IMG/VR virus record: IMGVR_UViG_3300031951_021468
DNA from: an uncultured virus (IMG/VR IMGVR_UViG_3300031951_021468)
Taxonomy: Duplodnaviria > Heunggongvirae > Uroviricota > Caudoviricetes
Length of the DNA stretch: 64,000 nucleotides
Direction: 5' to 3' (one strand)
Under the pieces are notes generated by a model. The model did not search any database. It saw only the letters and a program-made list of their open reading frames with translations, and had not been told where the DNA came from. Numbering within the stretch: position 1 is the stretch's first letter; each line of letters begins with the position of its first letter. The translations under genes were made by a program, and so were the position numbers. Shown one piece after another: positions 1 through 7,981 of this stretch.

Positions 1-639
1 GCCAGCAACGGCAGTTGGCGAGGTTACTACAAAGTTCTGACCCGAACTTGCAATGGAAGCAGAAGTTGTTGCCGACGCAAGACTTTCAATTCCATCAGGA
101 TAAACATAAGTTATAGAAAAATGACAAGTATTGCCTGAGGAAAAGGCACTCCCTGAGCCACTAACGTTTACTGTGGGGGCAGGGGGAGCAGCAGGGAGGG
201 CATTGTTGGGAGATGATTTAACATAAAATCTTTGACCAGCTGGAACCCCTATATAAACGGGGTCAGAAATGGCAATTTTGCCACGGCCCAGCCAAATATA
301 ACTCTTGCCACCAAAGGTAACAGGAATTGTTGGATCGCCAGCGACTTCATTGACCGTGGTGACTCTTGGTTGAACAGTAGCGGTGATGCAGATTGGGTTT
401 GTGTTCGGGGTTTCTCCAGTGCCGCCCGTATACCAGTTAGCATACACAAGTCTTACAGCGACTATATCAAACGGAGGGACAACTTCAATTCTTCCTGTTT
501 CTGTAAAAAAAGAAGATGAGGAAATTCTAGCAGACGGACGAATCGGGTTATTAGAAATAACACTCCATGAGCCAGCTTTTAAAGCTGCATTGAGCCCATT
601 GATATCTGTGATTTGAGAAGGTACGTAGTTTGCGCCCAT
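1..639 (-). CDS. Partial CDS running off the window start; possible SGNH/GDSL-hydrolase-type N-terminal domain or virion protein
   Basis: Hand translation: ATG at 639 after AAAGGTG, open to position 1 (MGANYVPSQ...VRLVYANW...PVTFGG...AISDPV); absent from the ORF track because no stop falls in the window. Confidence 0.6.
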   Translation of the reverse strand, partial: MGANYVPSQITDINGLNAALKAGSWSVISNNPIRPSARISSSSFFTETGRIEVVPPFDIVAVRLVYANWYTGGTGETPNTNPICITATVQPRVTTVNEVAGDPTIPVTFGGKSYIWLGRGKIAISDPVYIGVPAGQRFYVKSSPNNALPAAPPAPTVNVSGSGSAFSSGNTCHFSITYVYPDGIESLASATTSASIASSGQNFVVTSPTAVAG

Positions 640-697
640 GACACCTTTTGAATTCAATTACGATAGCACCACGCCCTCTAAATGATTGCGTATATAT

Positions 698-1357
698 TTA
701 AATTGAATTATTTTTAAGCCAATCTTCAAGCGCAGTAACACGAAGGGTATGCTCTGGCCGCAACATTACAGGTCCAATAAATTCATCTATTCTTGGGTTA
801 TCAACAAGGTCTTTAGCAAACTTAAAAGCCTCGCCAAAACTATAAAAATCCGAATATAGCCTCTTGGGTCGCCTCGCCGTGTGCCCCATCTTGTTGACAC
901 TCACGCGCCAGGCCTGATTTTCACTATTATAGACCACTCTTGTTGTTTCAAGCAATAATTTAATGTTCTGGGACGCCTCGCCATAAAAATGCGACTTATC
1001 CCCAAGAAAGTAATTACAATCAAAGCACATAGTGTGTGAGTTTGCAAGATTGTCTTGTCCGCCTTGGTTTAGCGGAGTTACGTGATCGTGTGTGAATAAC
1101 AACCCGTCAGGCCCCATTAAATTTAAATGAGCCTTATCCTCACTTGTGTAAGTCAATACCCAATGTGTTGCCTGCGCTTCGCAGAGTGGGCACATCACTC
1201 CCGTTTCTTTAAATGTTCGAAGTCTTAAAGAATTGCCCTTAACTGAAACAACATCGCCCTTTACTGAAGTCACCAAGATTGTTTGTGATCCAATTTGAGC
1301 AAGAACCTTCTCAATAGTGTCAGACACCAAAACATCAAATTGTTTGAACTTTTTCAT
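698..1357 (-). CDS. HNH endonuclease domain protein
   Basis: CPLC...THDHVTPLNQGGQDNLANSHTMCFDCN motif; start moved to MKKFKQ because the track start overlaps a tRNA-like element. Confidence 0.75.
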   Translation of the reverse strand: MKKFKQFDVLVSDTIEKVLAQIGSQTILVTSVKGDVVSVKGNSLRLRTFKETGVMCPLCEAQATHWVLTYTSEDKAHLNLMGPDGLLFTHDHVTPLNQGGQDNLANSHTMCFDCNYFLGDKSHFYGEASQNIKLLLETTRVVYNSENQAWRVSVNKMGHTARRPKRLYSDFYSFGEAFKFAKDLVDNPRIDEFIGPVMLRPEHTLRVTALEDWLKNNSI

Positions 1358-1395
1358 AATGGCTTTTCGAATAAATAGGTTTAAATGTTTAAAAC

Positions 1396-1464
1396 TGGTG
1401 CCGTCGGCGGATTCGAACCACGTCTCCCTGTGCACTGGCGCTCTGCCTCTGAGCTACGAACGGC
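1396..1464 (-). ncRNA. tRNA-like element with shortened anticodon arm
   Basis: Acceptor stem with a bulge, D arm GCTC/GAGC, TTCGAAT loop and encoded CCA; anticodon arm is only about 13 nt. Confidence 0.5.
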
Positions 1465-1469
1465 AAAAT

Positions 1470-1552
1470 TGGTGCCCCGTCCTGGTCATTCTCCAGGTGC
1501 TGTATTATCAGTAAGCTCCTCAACAACATCGCTGTCTTCGAGGTAACGGGGC
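1470..1552 (-). ncRNA. Non-canonical tRNA-like RNA (GAT anticodon loop, aberrant T loop, enlarged D loop)
   Basis: Perfect 7-bp acceptor GCCCCGT/ACGGGGC+ACCA; CCTGG-AGAATGA-CCAGG T-arm equivalent; CTGATAA loop. Confidence 0.55.
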
Positions 1553-1866
1553 TTTACCAATTATGAGGCGCTTGGGCCTATCCATTCTTCATGGTCCGCA
1601 CGGGGAGCGCGGTGAGCATCCCTCCCTAACGGAGAGCCTCTATTCCCCAAATCTTTCCCTAGCGTGTGCCCTGGTAAATCTGGTTGTTCGTCTCTCCGAA
1701 CTGTCACGGATATTGCGCAATATGGTTTATTACACCGTTTTTGACCATTAGTTGCTTGTTGCGCTTCAAGTCCCAGTCTACAATCAGCCAACTGAGCATC
1801 CATCGTGTTTCCACGATCTGATCGGACAACATTTATATTACGTTAACCGAAAGCAAAAAGTTGCAA

Positions 1867-2079
1867 TTAAGCAAAGCATACACTTTCGGCCAAGCCGCTA
1901 CTTTCAACTTTTTTGGCAGAAGAGGGATGCATCTCAATGACAGCCCTGTGTCTTCCAAAGTACCAAAATTCTTTTATGTTATGGGATATTCCCATTTTGT
2001 CAAGAGTAGCCGAGAGCTGCGCACGACCAATCTTGTGATCATTGGGCGCAGGTTTTAATGTTACTAGATATGTTTTCAT
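1867..2079 (-). CDS. Small hypothetical protein
   Basis: 70-aa ORF with GAGG upstream, co-oriented with neighbours. Confidence 0.55.
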   Translation of the reverse strand: MKTYLVTLKPAPNDHKIGRAQLSATLDKMGISHNIKEFWYFGRHRAVIEMHPSSAKKVESSGLAESVCFA

Positions 2080-2390
2080 AGTTTTCTATACCTCGTCCTT
2101 AGTGGAATCTTTCATCCACCATGCCGTAAAAGCGATTTTCATGCTTACGGCCACGATTGTGTTTTCGGTGCCCGTAAGCATCATGATTGTGATCCTCATT
2201 ATAAACACCATTTTTAAAATATTCACCACATTCATCAAGTGCTTTTTCTAAAGCCTGTTGTTGGCGAATAGTTCTGTTTGACTCGCAATAATCGCAAAGA
2301 CATTTAGAGCCTAATATCGTTGTTTTGCCTTCATTTTTATAATGATTTCTAACAACTTTGTCTCTGTAGGCCTTGTTGACCCACGTATAA

Positions 2391-3726
2391 CCGTTCCTGT
2401 AAATCTACAAAAATCTACAAGTTTATGTCTTAATCAGCTAAGTGTGTTGCTCGCAGCCGTTAGGCTGCGCACACTTGTCTTAATGGATTAACGACAACTG
2501 GCGTTTCGGCAACGCTCCTATCCCATTCAACGCCGAAGGCGTCGTTTGGGAATACTTTTCGTCCAATGTTTGCACTGCCATTTGCATCTGCATTAAGCAG
2601 AGTGCCTTCGGCACTGCGATACAAGCCTCTTTTAATACGAGTTCCAGAGAACTCATATTCATTCTGCCTTCCTTTCTTCCAGACAGGGATTTCATCCCTA
2701 TCCAGAAATGATGCTTGACTTGTGTAGGATTCTTCAGTAAAGATAACATCAATTCCCAATGCGTTAGCCTTGTACTGAATCTTCTGAAATAAATTACAGA
2801 AGGGAACAGAACAGAAATTCTGATTTGTTTTCTTTCCAAGTTTCATCCCTGTTTTCCATCCATCATTTTTGCCAATGACAATAGTTCCTAGATTGTGTTT
2901 AACACAATTTTCCACAATGATTTTACTGACATGATGGAAGTAATTTTCCAGTCTAAAATATCTCTTTCGAGATGATTTCTTACTGACGTTCTTGTTGTAT
3001 TGTTGATTGAATGATTTAACTATACGACCGTTGATAAGTATTGGACTATGCTTATCTGAAGTTATCGTTGCTAGATTATTCAATCCTATGTCAATGCAAC
3101 AAAAATTGTTTTTCTTAGTTTTCGGCTTTGGGATATTAGGAAGTTCATATTGAACTTCTATCATAAAACCAAAAGTTTTTGGAGTAACTACTACTTGTTT
3201 GTACTGTTTATCTGATTTAATACTGAAGCAATTATTTGTTGGAGTAAGGAAAGCCTTTGGCTTTCCGCTCTGTCCTCCTTTAATTGTTTCATTATAGAAA
3301 ATCACTTGAGATAGTTTCTTTTTATAGTGAGGAGGCTTAGGACATCCTAAGAATTTAGATTTATCTCTGCCGTAGGCAGTAAGTGCCTTTCTATAGTTAC
3401 TCCAATCCGTCAATACTTGACGGATTGTTTGTTTTGCAGTTTTTGTATTATGTAGATTCTTGAAACAATTCAAATGTTGAGTTTCTTTAATAAGAATGCT
3501 AATATCTGGCAGTCTTTCTTTCTTAAACCATGCTTGTCTCATTAAGAAATTGCATCTATTATAGAGTTCTTTACTCAGGCTTGTCAGCCTGAGTAAATCT
3601 TTCGTTGCTTTAATATGATGTCTTTCTACTGCAATCACATTAGTTTATTAAAGGACATACCCTAAGTATTCCTGCATGATTTGAGAATTTTTTAGAAATT
3701 AGTAGATTTTTCAGAACAGTTTACAA
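2391..3726 (-). mobile_element. Non-autonomous tnpB-only IS200/IS605-IS607 superfamily element, probably IS607-type
   Basis: tnpB without tnpA; subterminal AAATCTAC motifs at both ends in inverted orientation; GG at both junctions; TGGG immediately 5' of the left end. Confidence 0.7.
2460..3638 (-). CDS. tnpB: RNA-guided endonuclease TnpB
   Basis: RuvC-I CIDIGLNN, IVIGKNDGWK with alternative Glu in EESYTSQ, RuvC-III NADANGSANI; 392 aa. Confidence 0.92.
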   Translation of the reverse strand: MIAVERHHIKATKDLLRLTSLSKELYNRCNFLMRQAWFKKERLPDISILIKETQHLNCFKNLHNTKTAKQTIRQVLTDWSNYRKALTAYGRDKSKFLGCPKPPHYKKKLSQVIFYNETIKGGQSGKPKAFLTPTNNCFSIKSDKQYKQVVVTPKTFGFMIEVQYELPNIPKPKTKKNNFCCIDIGLNNLATITSDKHSPILINGRIVKSFNQQYNKNVSKKSSRKRYFRLENYFHHVSKIIVENCVKHNLGTIVIGKNDGWKTGMKLGKKTNQNFCSVPFCNLFQKIQYKANALGIDVIFTEESYTSQASFLDRDEIPVWKKGRQNEYEFSGTRIKRGLYRSAEGTLLNADANGSANIGRKVFPNDAFGVEWDRSVAETPVVVNPLRQVCAA

Positions 3727-3923
3727 CCCATATCCTCAAAGATATCAAGCATGTTCATCGACACTTGAATGCGACGACGAATTTTTTTCTTAATCTTTTC
3801 GGATTGGTGACGACGATATGATCGGTTGTGTTTCAATTCGCAAGCTCCTGAAGCTTCCGTTAAGGAAGTTTACTAAAGCATGCGAATCGTAATATTTGTA
3901 TTTTTCATAATAGTTTATAATTT

Positions 3924-4008
3924 TGGTGGGAGCAGCAGGACTCGAACCTACGAACTGTTTCCAGAGGAGATTTACAGTCTCCCGCAATTGCCTCTATGCG
4001 ATACTCCC
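3924..4008 (-). tRNA. tRNA-Tyr(GTA)
   Basis: Cloverleaf, GGAGA-CTGTAAA-TCTCC, long variable arm, CCA. Confidence 0.93.
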
Positions 4009-4053
4009 TTGCTTTATCTGTTATGGTCGTTAATGCCTTCGCATTGAATGTCG

Positions 4054-4145
4054 TGGTGGGTGATGGAGGAATTTCACCTCTCGCCATATTTCCCCACGTT
4101 CTGATGCGGCACATGTTTTACAGACATGCAGGGGAGTCATCACCC
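4054..4145 (-). ncRNA. D-arm-less tRNA-Tyr-like RNA (GTA loop)
   Basis: 8-bp acceptor GGGTGATG/CATCACCC+ACCA; CATGT-CTGTAAA-ACATG arm; no D arm; TCCCC can pair with GGGGA in the long variable region. Confidence 0.65.
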
Positions 4146-4231
4146 AATGGTATAGTGATAGTCGCTTTCCATTGATTGTTTTATTTTATGATCGGGGCGG
4201 TCATCTCAGACCGCAATGTACGAGAAACTTG

Positions 4232-4373
4232 TGGGACCTATCGGAGTTGAACCAATGACTGATGCAGAAGTCTGACCTTCGGTCCCGATTGCAAGACAGG
4301 CAGGATTCGAACCTGCGATCTCTGGGGGTATGCATCGGCCCAGCGTTTCATCCGCAAAACTTCCGTCAAGCAA
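4232..4373 (-). ncRNA. Tandem pair of aberrant tRNA-like modules
   Basis: Module A (4289-4373) has D, T and acceptor stems with a 12-nt anticodon loop; module B (4232-4286) has acceptor and T arm but no anticodon arm; neither encodes CCA. Confidence 0.5.
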
Positions 4374-4434
4374 TCAAATTGTTTGTATATTTATTATACG
4401 CATACCGTTTGAATTTTGTTTCAATGTGTAAAAA

Positions 4435-4512
4435 TGGTCTGAGCGATTGGATTTGAACCAATGACCTCTACTCTCCCAGAGTAGCATTCTAACCAAACTG
4501 AACTACGCCCAG
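4435..4512 (-). tRNA. tRNA-Pro(GGG)
   Basis: Cloverleaf, CTACT-CTGGGAG-AGTAG, CCA. Confidence 0.92.
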
Positions 4513-4529
4513 ATTTAAACAAAATATTT

Positions 4530-4604
4530 TGGTGGGCGGTACAGGTTTCGAACCTGTGACCCCTACAATGTCAATGTAGTGCTCTACCACTGAGCTAACC
4601 GCCC
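4530..4604 (-). tRNA. tRNA-Val(GAC)
   Basis: Cloverleaf, CTACA-TTGACAT-TGTAG, CCA. Confidence 0.95.
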
Positions 4605-4696
4605 GCGTTTTTAGAACAGCAGCAGAGCCCTGAACTGAAATTACCTGGATGCTACTGTTCTAAACCTTTTCGGTTATTTAAAATTATACTAATCGG

Positions 4697-4771
4697 TGGT
4701 GGGCATGACAGGATTCGAACCTGCAACTTGATGCCTGTAATGCACCCACGCTACCATTGCGTCACACGCCC
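4697..4771 (-). tRNA. tRNA-Val(TAC)
   Basis: Cloverleaf, GGTGC-ATTACAG-GCATC, CCA. Confidence 0.88.
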
Positions 4772-4777
4772 ACATTT

Positions 4778-5539
4778 TTATTTTGCGGTTTCCAGCTTTC
4801 TCCAATAACCTCTTGGAGGCTTAGAAACTCCTAGCTTTTTACATCTTTTTTCAACAGCTTTGTCTGAAACACCAAATTCTTTTGCAATTTGACAAGTTGG
4901 CTTTTTCCATATTATCATCTCAAGTTCTTCTTTTTCTAATCCAAATTTTATGTACTTAGAAGGCTTTGGTGGCTGTGATCGATTGTTGTGTATATGGCAT
5001 TTTTTACATCTTGTAGATGTAGGCCTGCTAATTTTACCACCACAATCCAAACACTTCTTCGCTTTGTGTTTTCCGCTAAATGTTGGAGTTTGAGAGTGAC
5101 AATTTGGACACAAAATTCGAAGATTAACCAATCTGTTATCACAATTATTGCCATTAATATGATCAAGCTGTAATGAAATCGGCTTGCCATTCCATAATGA
5201 TCCTAATTTGCATTCACTACACTCATAAACAAAAATATTTTCTCTTAACAATCGTTTTTTTAAATCGTGTGATTGAATGGGCCGATTATTTGATAAATAT
5301 TCTTCCAAAGGAATTCGCTTATTTAATCTCTTGCAGCCTTTACTTGCTCCGATACCCAAAGGAATATGAGAAATATCTATACAATCCTGAGCAATGCGCT
5401 GTTTGATTCGGCTATGTTGAGCACCACTTATAGAAAGGCCAAAGCTGCGTATTATGCCCGCAATGCTCGTGCAATTATTAACTCGAAGTTGAAAATTTTC
5501 TTTGGATTCAGTCCATATTATAGATGTCTTTTTGTTCAT
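4778..5539 (-). CDS. HNH homing endonuclease with C-terminal zinc ribbon/HTH
   Basis: CSEC...LQLDHINGNNCDNRLVNLRILCPNCHSQT; start set at MNKKTS because the track ORF overlaps tRNA-Pro. Confidence 0.88.
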   Translation of the reverse strand: MNKKTSIIWTESKENFQLRVNNCTSIAGIIRSFGLSISGAQHSRIKQRIAQDCIDISHIPLGIGASKGCKRLNKRIPLEEYLSNNRPIQSHDLKKRLLRENIFVYECSECKLGSLWNGKPISLQLDHINGNNCDNRLVNLRILCPNCHSQTPTFSGKHKAKKCLDCGGKISRPTSTRCKKCHIHNNRSQPPKPSKYIKFGLEKEELEMIIWKKPTCQIAKEFGVSDKAVEKRCKKLGVSKPPRGYWRKLETAK

Positions 5540-5588
5540 ATTGTTTTTTGTACAATAAATATAATATGAACAAAGATTTTTTGAAAAA

Positions 5589-5665
5589 TGGTCGGGGATA
5601 CAGGACTCGAACCTGCGACCTGACGCTCCCAAAGCGCCCGCTCCACCAAACTGAGCTAATCCCCG
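5589..5665 (-). tRNA. tRNA-Pro(TGG)
   Basis: Cloverleaf, GGCGC-TTTGGGA-GCGTC, CCA. Confidence 0.94.
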
Positions 5666-5773
5666 ATTTTTTTCATTGATGCCATCAGACTTCCATGGTT
5701 TGGTTGGCACATTGACTTTTTATTGTCCGTTCGCCCCGCATCAATATTTAATGTCCTACCTTAGAACCGTTCG

Positions 5774-5849
5774 TGGTGGAGCCAGAGAGACTCGAACTCT
5801 CGACCCCCTGCTTGCAAAGCAGGTGCTCTCCCAACTGAGCTATGGCCCC
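5774..5849 (-). tRNA. tRNA-Ala(TGC)
   Basis: Canonical cloverleaf with G3-U70, CCA. Confidence 0.96.
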
Positions 5850-5921
5850 GAAAATGTTCTGTTATCTATAATACGATCAGAATCACAAAAAATTAGCGAT
5901 TTTATGAAATCTGATTAAAAA

Positions 5922-5998
5922 TGGTGACCCGCCAGAGTGTCGATCTCTGTTTGCCGCGCTGAAAACGCGGAGTCCTAGCCAACGTAGACGAGCGGGCC
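5922..5998 (-). tRNA. tRNA-Glu(TTC)
   Basis: CCGCG-TTTTCAG-CGCGG; T loop ATCGACA; CCA. Confidence 0.88.
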
Positions 5999-6103
5999 GC
6001 TCGATAAGGGAGGCTTCACCTTCTCGCCTCCCCCGACTTGAGCGCCTTTCCGCTCGGGTCAGATGTCTATCCATCAGTCATCGCAGTAGGTGTTTAATCA
6101 CTG

Positions 6104-6481
6104 CTAAGTCTTGGGCGGTGTGTCTTCGCCAAAAGTACGATAGAAGCTCACTTCGATAGAGTAGCAAGTGTCGAGTTCGCCACACCAGCGAATCACCACC
6201 GTCCCCTTGATTGTACCGATTCTATAGAACGTCCATTCTACAGATGTGTCTTCCGAAGAAGACTTTTCTGCGAAAAGAATCGGCGTTCCGACCAAATCGT
6301 TCAAGTCGCCACATATGTCTTCCACCCAAACTGCCTCGCAGCAATCCTGAAAGTGTGACATGTGATATGCTTCCTGATCGTCTACTATAAAGGAGATTTT
6401 TTCCTCTTTCTTGGAGTAAAAGACCTCTCTCAAAGTCTTGCCTTTCAGCACTTCGAAGTTTGCGTATTCCCATCTGTTCAT
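6104..6481 (-). CDS. Conserved phage hypothetical protein
   Basis: HFQDCCEAVWVEDICGDL...WTFYRIGTIKGTVVIRW pattern; GGAG SD; ends TAG-CAG-TGA. Confidence 0.8.
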   Translation of the reverse strand: MNRWEYANFEVLKGKTLREVFYSKKEEKISFIVDDQEAYHMSHFQDCCEAVWVEDICGDLNDLVGTPILFAEKSSSEDTSVEWTFYRIGTIKGTVVIRWCGELDTCYSIEVSFYRTFGEDTPPKT

Positions 6482-6534
6482 CTAATTATGTTCTCCATAT
6501 CAGTAGATTAGCACCAGACTAACAAATGAAAATT

Positions 6535-6611
6535 TGGTGACCCCACGGAGTGTCGATCTCCGTTTTCCACCGTGAGATGGTGGTGTCACAGCCATCGTAG
6601 ACGATGGGGCC
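6535..6611 (-). tRNA. tRNA-Glu(CTC)
   Basis: CCACC-ATCTCAC-GGTGG; T loop ATCGACA; CCA. Confidence 0.86.
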
Positions 6612-6619
6612 GAAAATTT

Positions 6620-6696
6620 TGGTGGGGCTAGAGGGAATTGAACCCTCACCCAAGGTTTTTCAGACCTTTGTGCTCACCAAATTACACCAATGCCCC
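6620..6696 (-). tRNA. tRNA-Phe(GAA)
   Basis: AAGGT-CTGAAAA-ACCTT, CCA. Confidence 0.88.
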
Positions 6697-6750
6697 ATTT
6701 GTTACACAAACCTCGCCCTCTTTCGGGGGTATGCTCTACCAAATACGTTT

Positions 6751-7161
6751 TTATGATGAAGTAAGCTTTAATCCATGCGGAGTATACTTGTCCCCCTGCA
6801 ATGTCACAAACACAAATTTTGCCGATGCCGTGTGAATGCGTTCAGGGAATTTTTGATCTCTTGGTTGTCGATACGCCTCTACTTGAACTGTGATTGAATT
6901 GTTTCTTAATTCAATAATTTCAGCTTCGAAGAAAATTTGATCTCCCATCTGAGCAGCTTTGTGAAAAGTTATTTCCAATACCTTATATGTTACTGCGTTG
7001 TCACAGGACGATTCTGAAAACTGAAGAAGTTCGCTACAAGCCGCGGCTGCACAAAGATCAAGCTTTGCCATAAAAGCTCCGCCAAAAATTTGTGGCATCC
7101 TAAAATTGCAATGTTCAGGCATTACAATAAAATTACTTTGGTATTTGGTTCTTAAATTCAT
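6751..7161 (-). CDS. Hotdog-fold acyl-CoA thioesterase
   Basis: VMPEHCN...IFGGAFMAKLD...FHKAAQMGDQI...FVFV motif. Confidence 0.85.
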   Translation of the reverse strand: MNLRTKYQSNFIVMPEHCNFRMPQIFGGAFMAKLDLCAAAACSELLQFSESSCDNAVTYKVLEITFHKAAQMGDQIFFEAEIIELRNNSITVQVEAYRQPRDQKFPERIHTASAKFVFVTLQGDKYTPHGLKLTSS

Positions 7162-7210
7162 AATGTTCCAACTTTAATACGATCATAATTCACAAAAGAT
7201 TTTGCAAACA

Positions 7211-7285
7211 TGGTGCCACCGATAGGATTCGAACCTATGACCCCGCCCTTATCAGGGGCGTGCTCTACCACTGAGCTACGACGGC
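7211..7285 (-). tRNA. tRNA-Ile(GAT)
   Basis: CGCCC-CTGATAA-GGGCG, CCA. Confidence 0.94.
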
Positions 7286-7299
7286 ACTTTACTTTCCTC

Positions 7300-7475
7300 A
7301 TACTGTTTCGAAGATCGGCGTGGAATTGCGACGCCGCGTTTTACTTCTGATCACGTGCGTGATCCTTCTCTACCCCACGGGGCGTCCTACCATTAAACGA
7401 CCAGACACAAGTGCCTGCGTGGGACTCGAACCCACATTTCCCCTCCGCATCCGATTAGAGTTCTCTTCGAACTGA
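7300..7475 (-). ncRNA. Y-RNA (YrlA)-like circularly permuted tRNA mimic
   Basis: Order T arm (7419-7435), loop-closed acceptor stem (7402-7417), D arm (7383-7399), enclosed by nested long-range stems. Confidence 0.55.
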
Positions 7476-7580
7476 TTACCGATCAGATTTTATCGGAAAA
7501 TATCATCGGGGGCTATTTAACAACGGCTGCTCAGCAAAGAAGTTGTGCTTCCGTGGCGTTTAGCCCCTTCAAATTGCCAA

Positions 7581-7743
7581 TACGTTGTGCGTTAGGGAAT
7601 CGAACCCCATGCGCCGCCGCTATTTGCTGCCTTTCAACACATTCCTGTTGGCTCAGAAAATCATGTTGTTGTGGACTCGAACCACTCACCCACCAAGGGA
7701 ACTTCAGAATCGAACTGAATACATACCATTTGCGCACAACGTA
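7581..7743 (-). ncRNA. Structured RNA with three T-loop hairpins inside an 11-bp closing stem
   Basis: TACGTTGTGCG/CGCACAACGTA ends; three hairpins with TTCGATT, TTCGAGT and TTCGATT loops. Confidence 0.55.
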
Positions 7744-7822
7744 AATCACTGAGGGCTTTTGCCCTCATATTACATTTAAACCTATTTAATTTTCAATATA
7801 CATACGAATCTCTTCGATAATT

Positions 7823-7909
7823 TGGCAGAGGCAGGGGGACTTGAACCCCCACTTGCATTAACTGTCCCTGGTTTTGGAGACCAGTGTTTTGCCATTAAAC
7901 TATACCCCT
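7823..7909 (-). tRNA. tRNA-Trp(CCA) with extended variable region
   Basis: CTGGT-CTCCAAA-ACCAG; 17-nt variable region; CCA. Confidence 0.85.
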
Positions 7910-7981
7910 ATTTGATTTTAGTTCACCCTTTAAAGATGCCGCAGGTTGTAGTCTTTACGGAGTTAACTCCTGCCCGAAGCA

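Larger units (their letters stand above)
2099..3836 (-). pseudogene. Hypothetical gene (about 133 aa, CxCxxC motif) split by the TnpB element
   Basis: 5' part 3836-3727 (AGGAG, TTG start, MKHNRSYRRHQ...FEDM) and start-less 3' part 2390-2099 (YTWVNKAY...KCLCDYCE...) rejoin in frame when 2391-3726 is removed. Confidence 0.75.

Noticed and set aside
2391..3726. IStron (group I intron-IS hybrid)
   Set aside because: Only about 90 nt lie between the left end and tnpB, too short for a group I core.
4609..4664. Long hairpin between the two tRNA-Val genes
   Set aside because: Single copy; cannot be distinguished from a terminator or processing stem.
5540..5710. N-terminal extension of the HNH ORF
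   Set aside because: It overlaps tRNA-Pro(TGG); the start is more likely 5539.
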